Source: a virus
Taxonomy: Duplodnaviria > Heunggongvirae > Uroviricota > Caudoviricetes
Reading direction: 5' to 3' (one strand)
Length of the DNA: 37,546 bases
Virus record (IMG/VR): IMGVR_UViG_2713896773_000006
Location: 1-37,546 of that record
This document shows positions 37,241 through 37,546 of the stretch, in pieces. The notes beneath the pieces are model-generated. The model was not told where the DNA came from. It ran no database searches and saw only the letters and a program-made list of their open reading frames with translations. Each line of letters opens with the position of its first letter. Positions within the stretch are counted from its first letter, which is position 1. A program made the position numbers and the translations under genes.

Positions 37241-37546
37241 TCAGGCGGTGAAAGTACCAATAAAGGTTTCTACTTTGCTGTCCTTGAATTTCTCAACAAG
37301 CAGATCACGAAATTCGTTAGCCATTTCTTCCTGCACTGCTTCCAGCTGAATAATGCGCAGAACCAGTACAGGACGATCGCCAGTGATAATGCTGAGGCGT
37401 AATTTAAATGGACGTTCTTTCAGGCCTTCAAACGGAACGCATTTAAATTCAAATGCCACTGGCATAATGTCTTTGGTCTTCGCTTCGACAGACTCCATCA
37501 GGGAGCGTTTGCCGCTGAAGTCATTATCTTCAAAATCAGCGGTCTG
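37241..37546 (-). CDS. hypothetical protein, partial (N-terminus beyond window end)
   Basis: Frame stays open from 37498 to the window end (...[32 protein letters not shown]...). Confidence 0.4.
   Translation of the reverse strand, partial: QTADFEDNDFSGKRSLMESVEAKTKDIMPVAFEFKCVPFEGLKERPFKLRLSIITGDRPVLVLRIIQLEAVQEEMANEFRDLLVEKFKDSKVETFIGTFTA

Noticed and set aside
1-37546. CRISPR array, integron or transposon/IS boundaries
   Set aside because: No regularly spaced direct repeats with unique spacers and no transposase or terminal inverted repeats were seen; the only tandem repeats are the ori iterons, the 18-bp coding repeat at about 10220-10262 and degenerate T/G-rich repeats near 32981-33050.

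Overview
The window reads as a nearly complete temperate lambdoid phage genome of the P22/Sf6-like podovirus type, with enterobacterial (E. coli/Shigella/Salmonella-like) hallmarks. All homology calls are from reading translated ORFs against remembered protein families; no database search was run. Gene order is in phage-map order, not prophage order: leftward early genes (Ea22-like, Gp157, RecT, Gam, Kil, CIII, a broken N-like remnant), the cI/cro/cII immunity region, an O-like initiator with internal iterons, a DnaB helicase interrupted by an intein, a nin region (ninB, HNH, Dam methylase, ninE/F/G), Q, two tRNAs, a lambda-type S/R/Rz/Rz1 lysis cassette, then the P22/Sf6-type terminase, portal, scaffold, coat, gp4/10/26/14/7/20/16 and tailspike, followed by an O-antigen acetyltransferase, an intact attP-like core (3' end of tRNA-Thr), int and xis. 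I did not find an unambiguous novel multi-gene system. The most unusual items are the intein-containing DnaB (apparently class 3 with a LAGLIDADG endonuclease), the frameshifted N-like gene, the orphan Mnt repressor beside a mosaic tailspike, and several uncharacterised small genes in the early-left and post-replication regions. A 50-N assembly gap lies inside Rz/Rz1.
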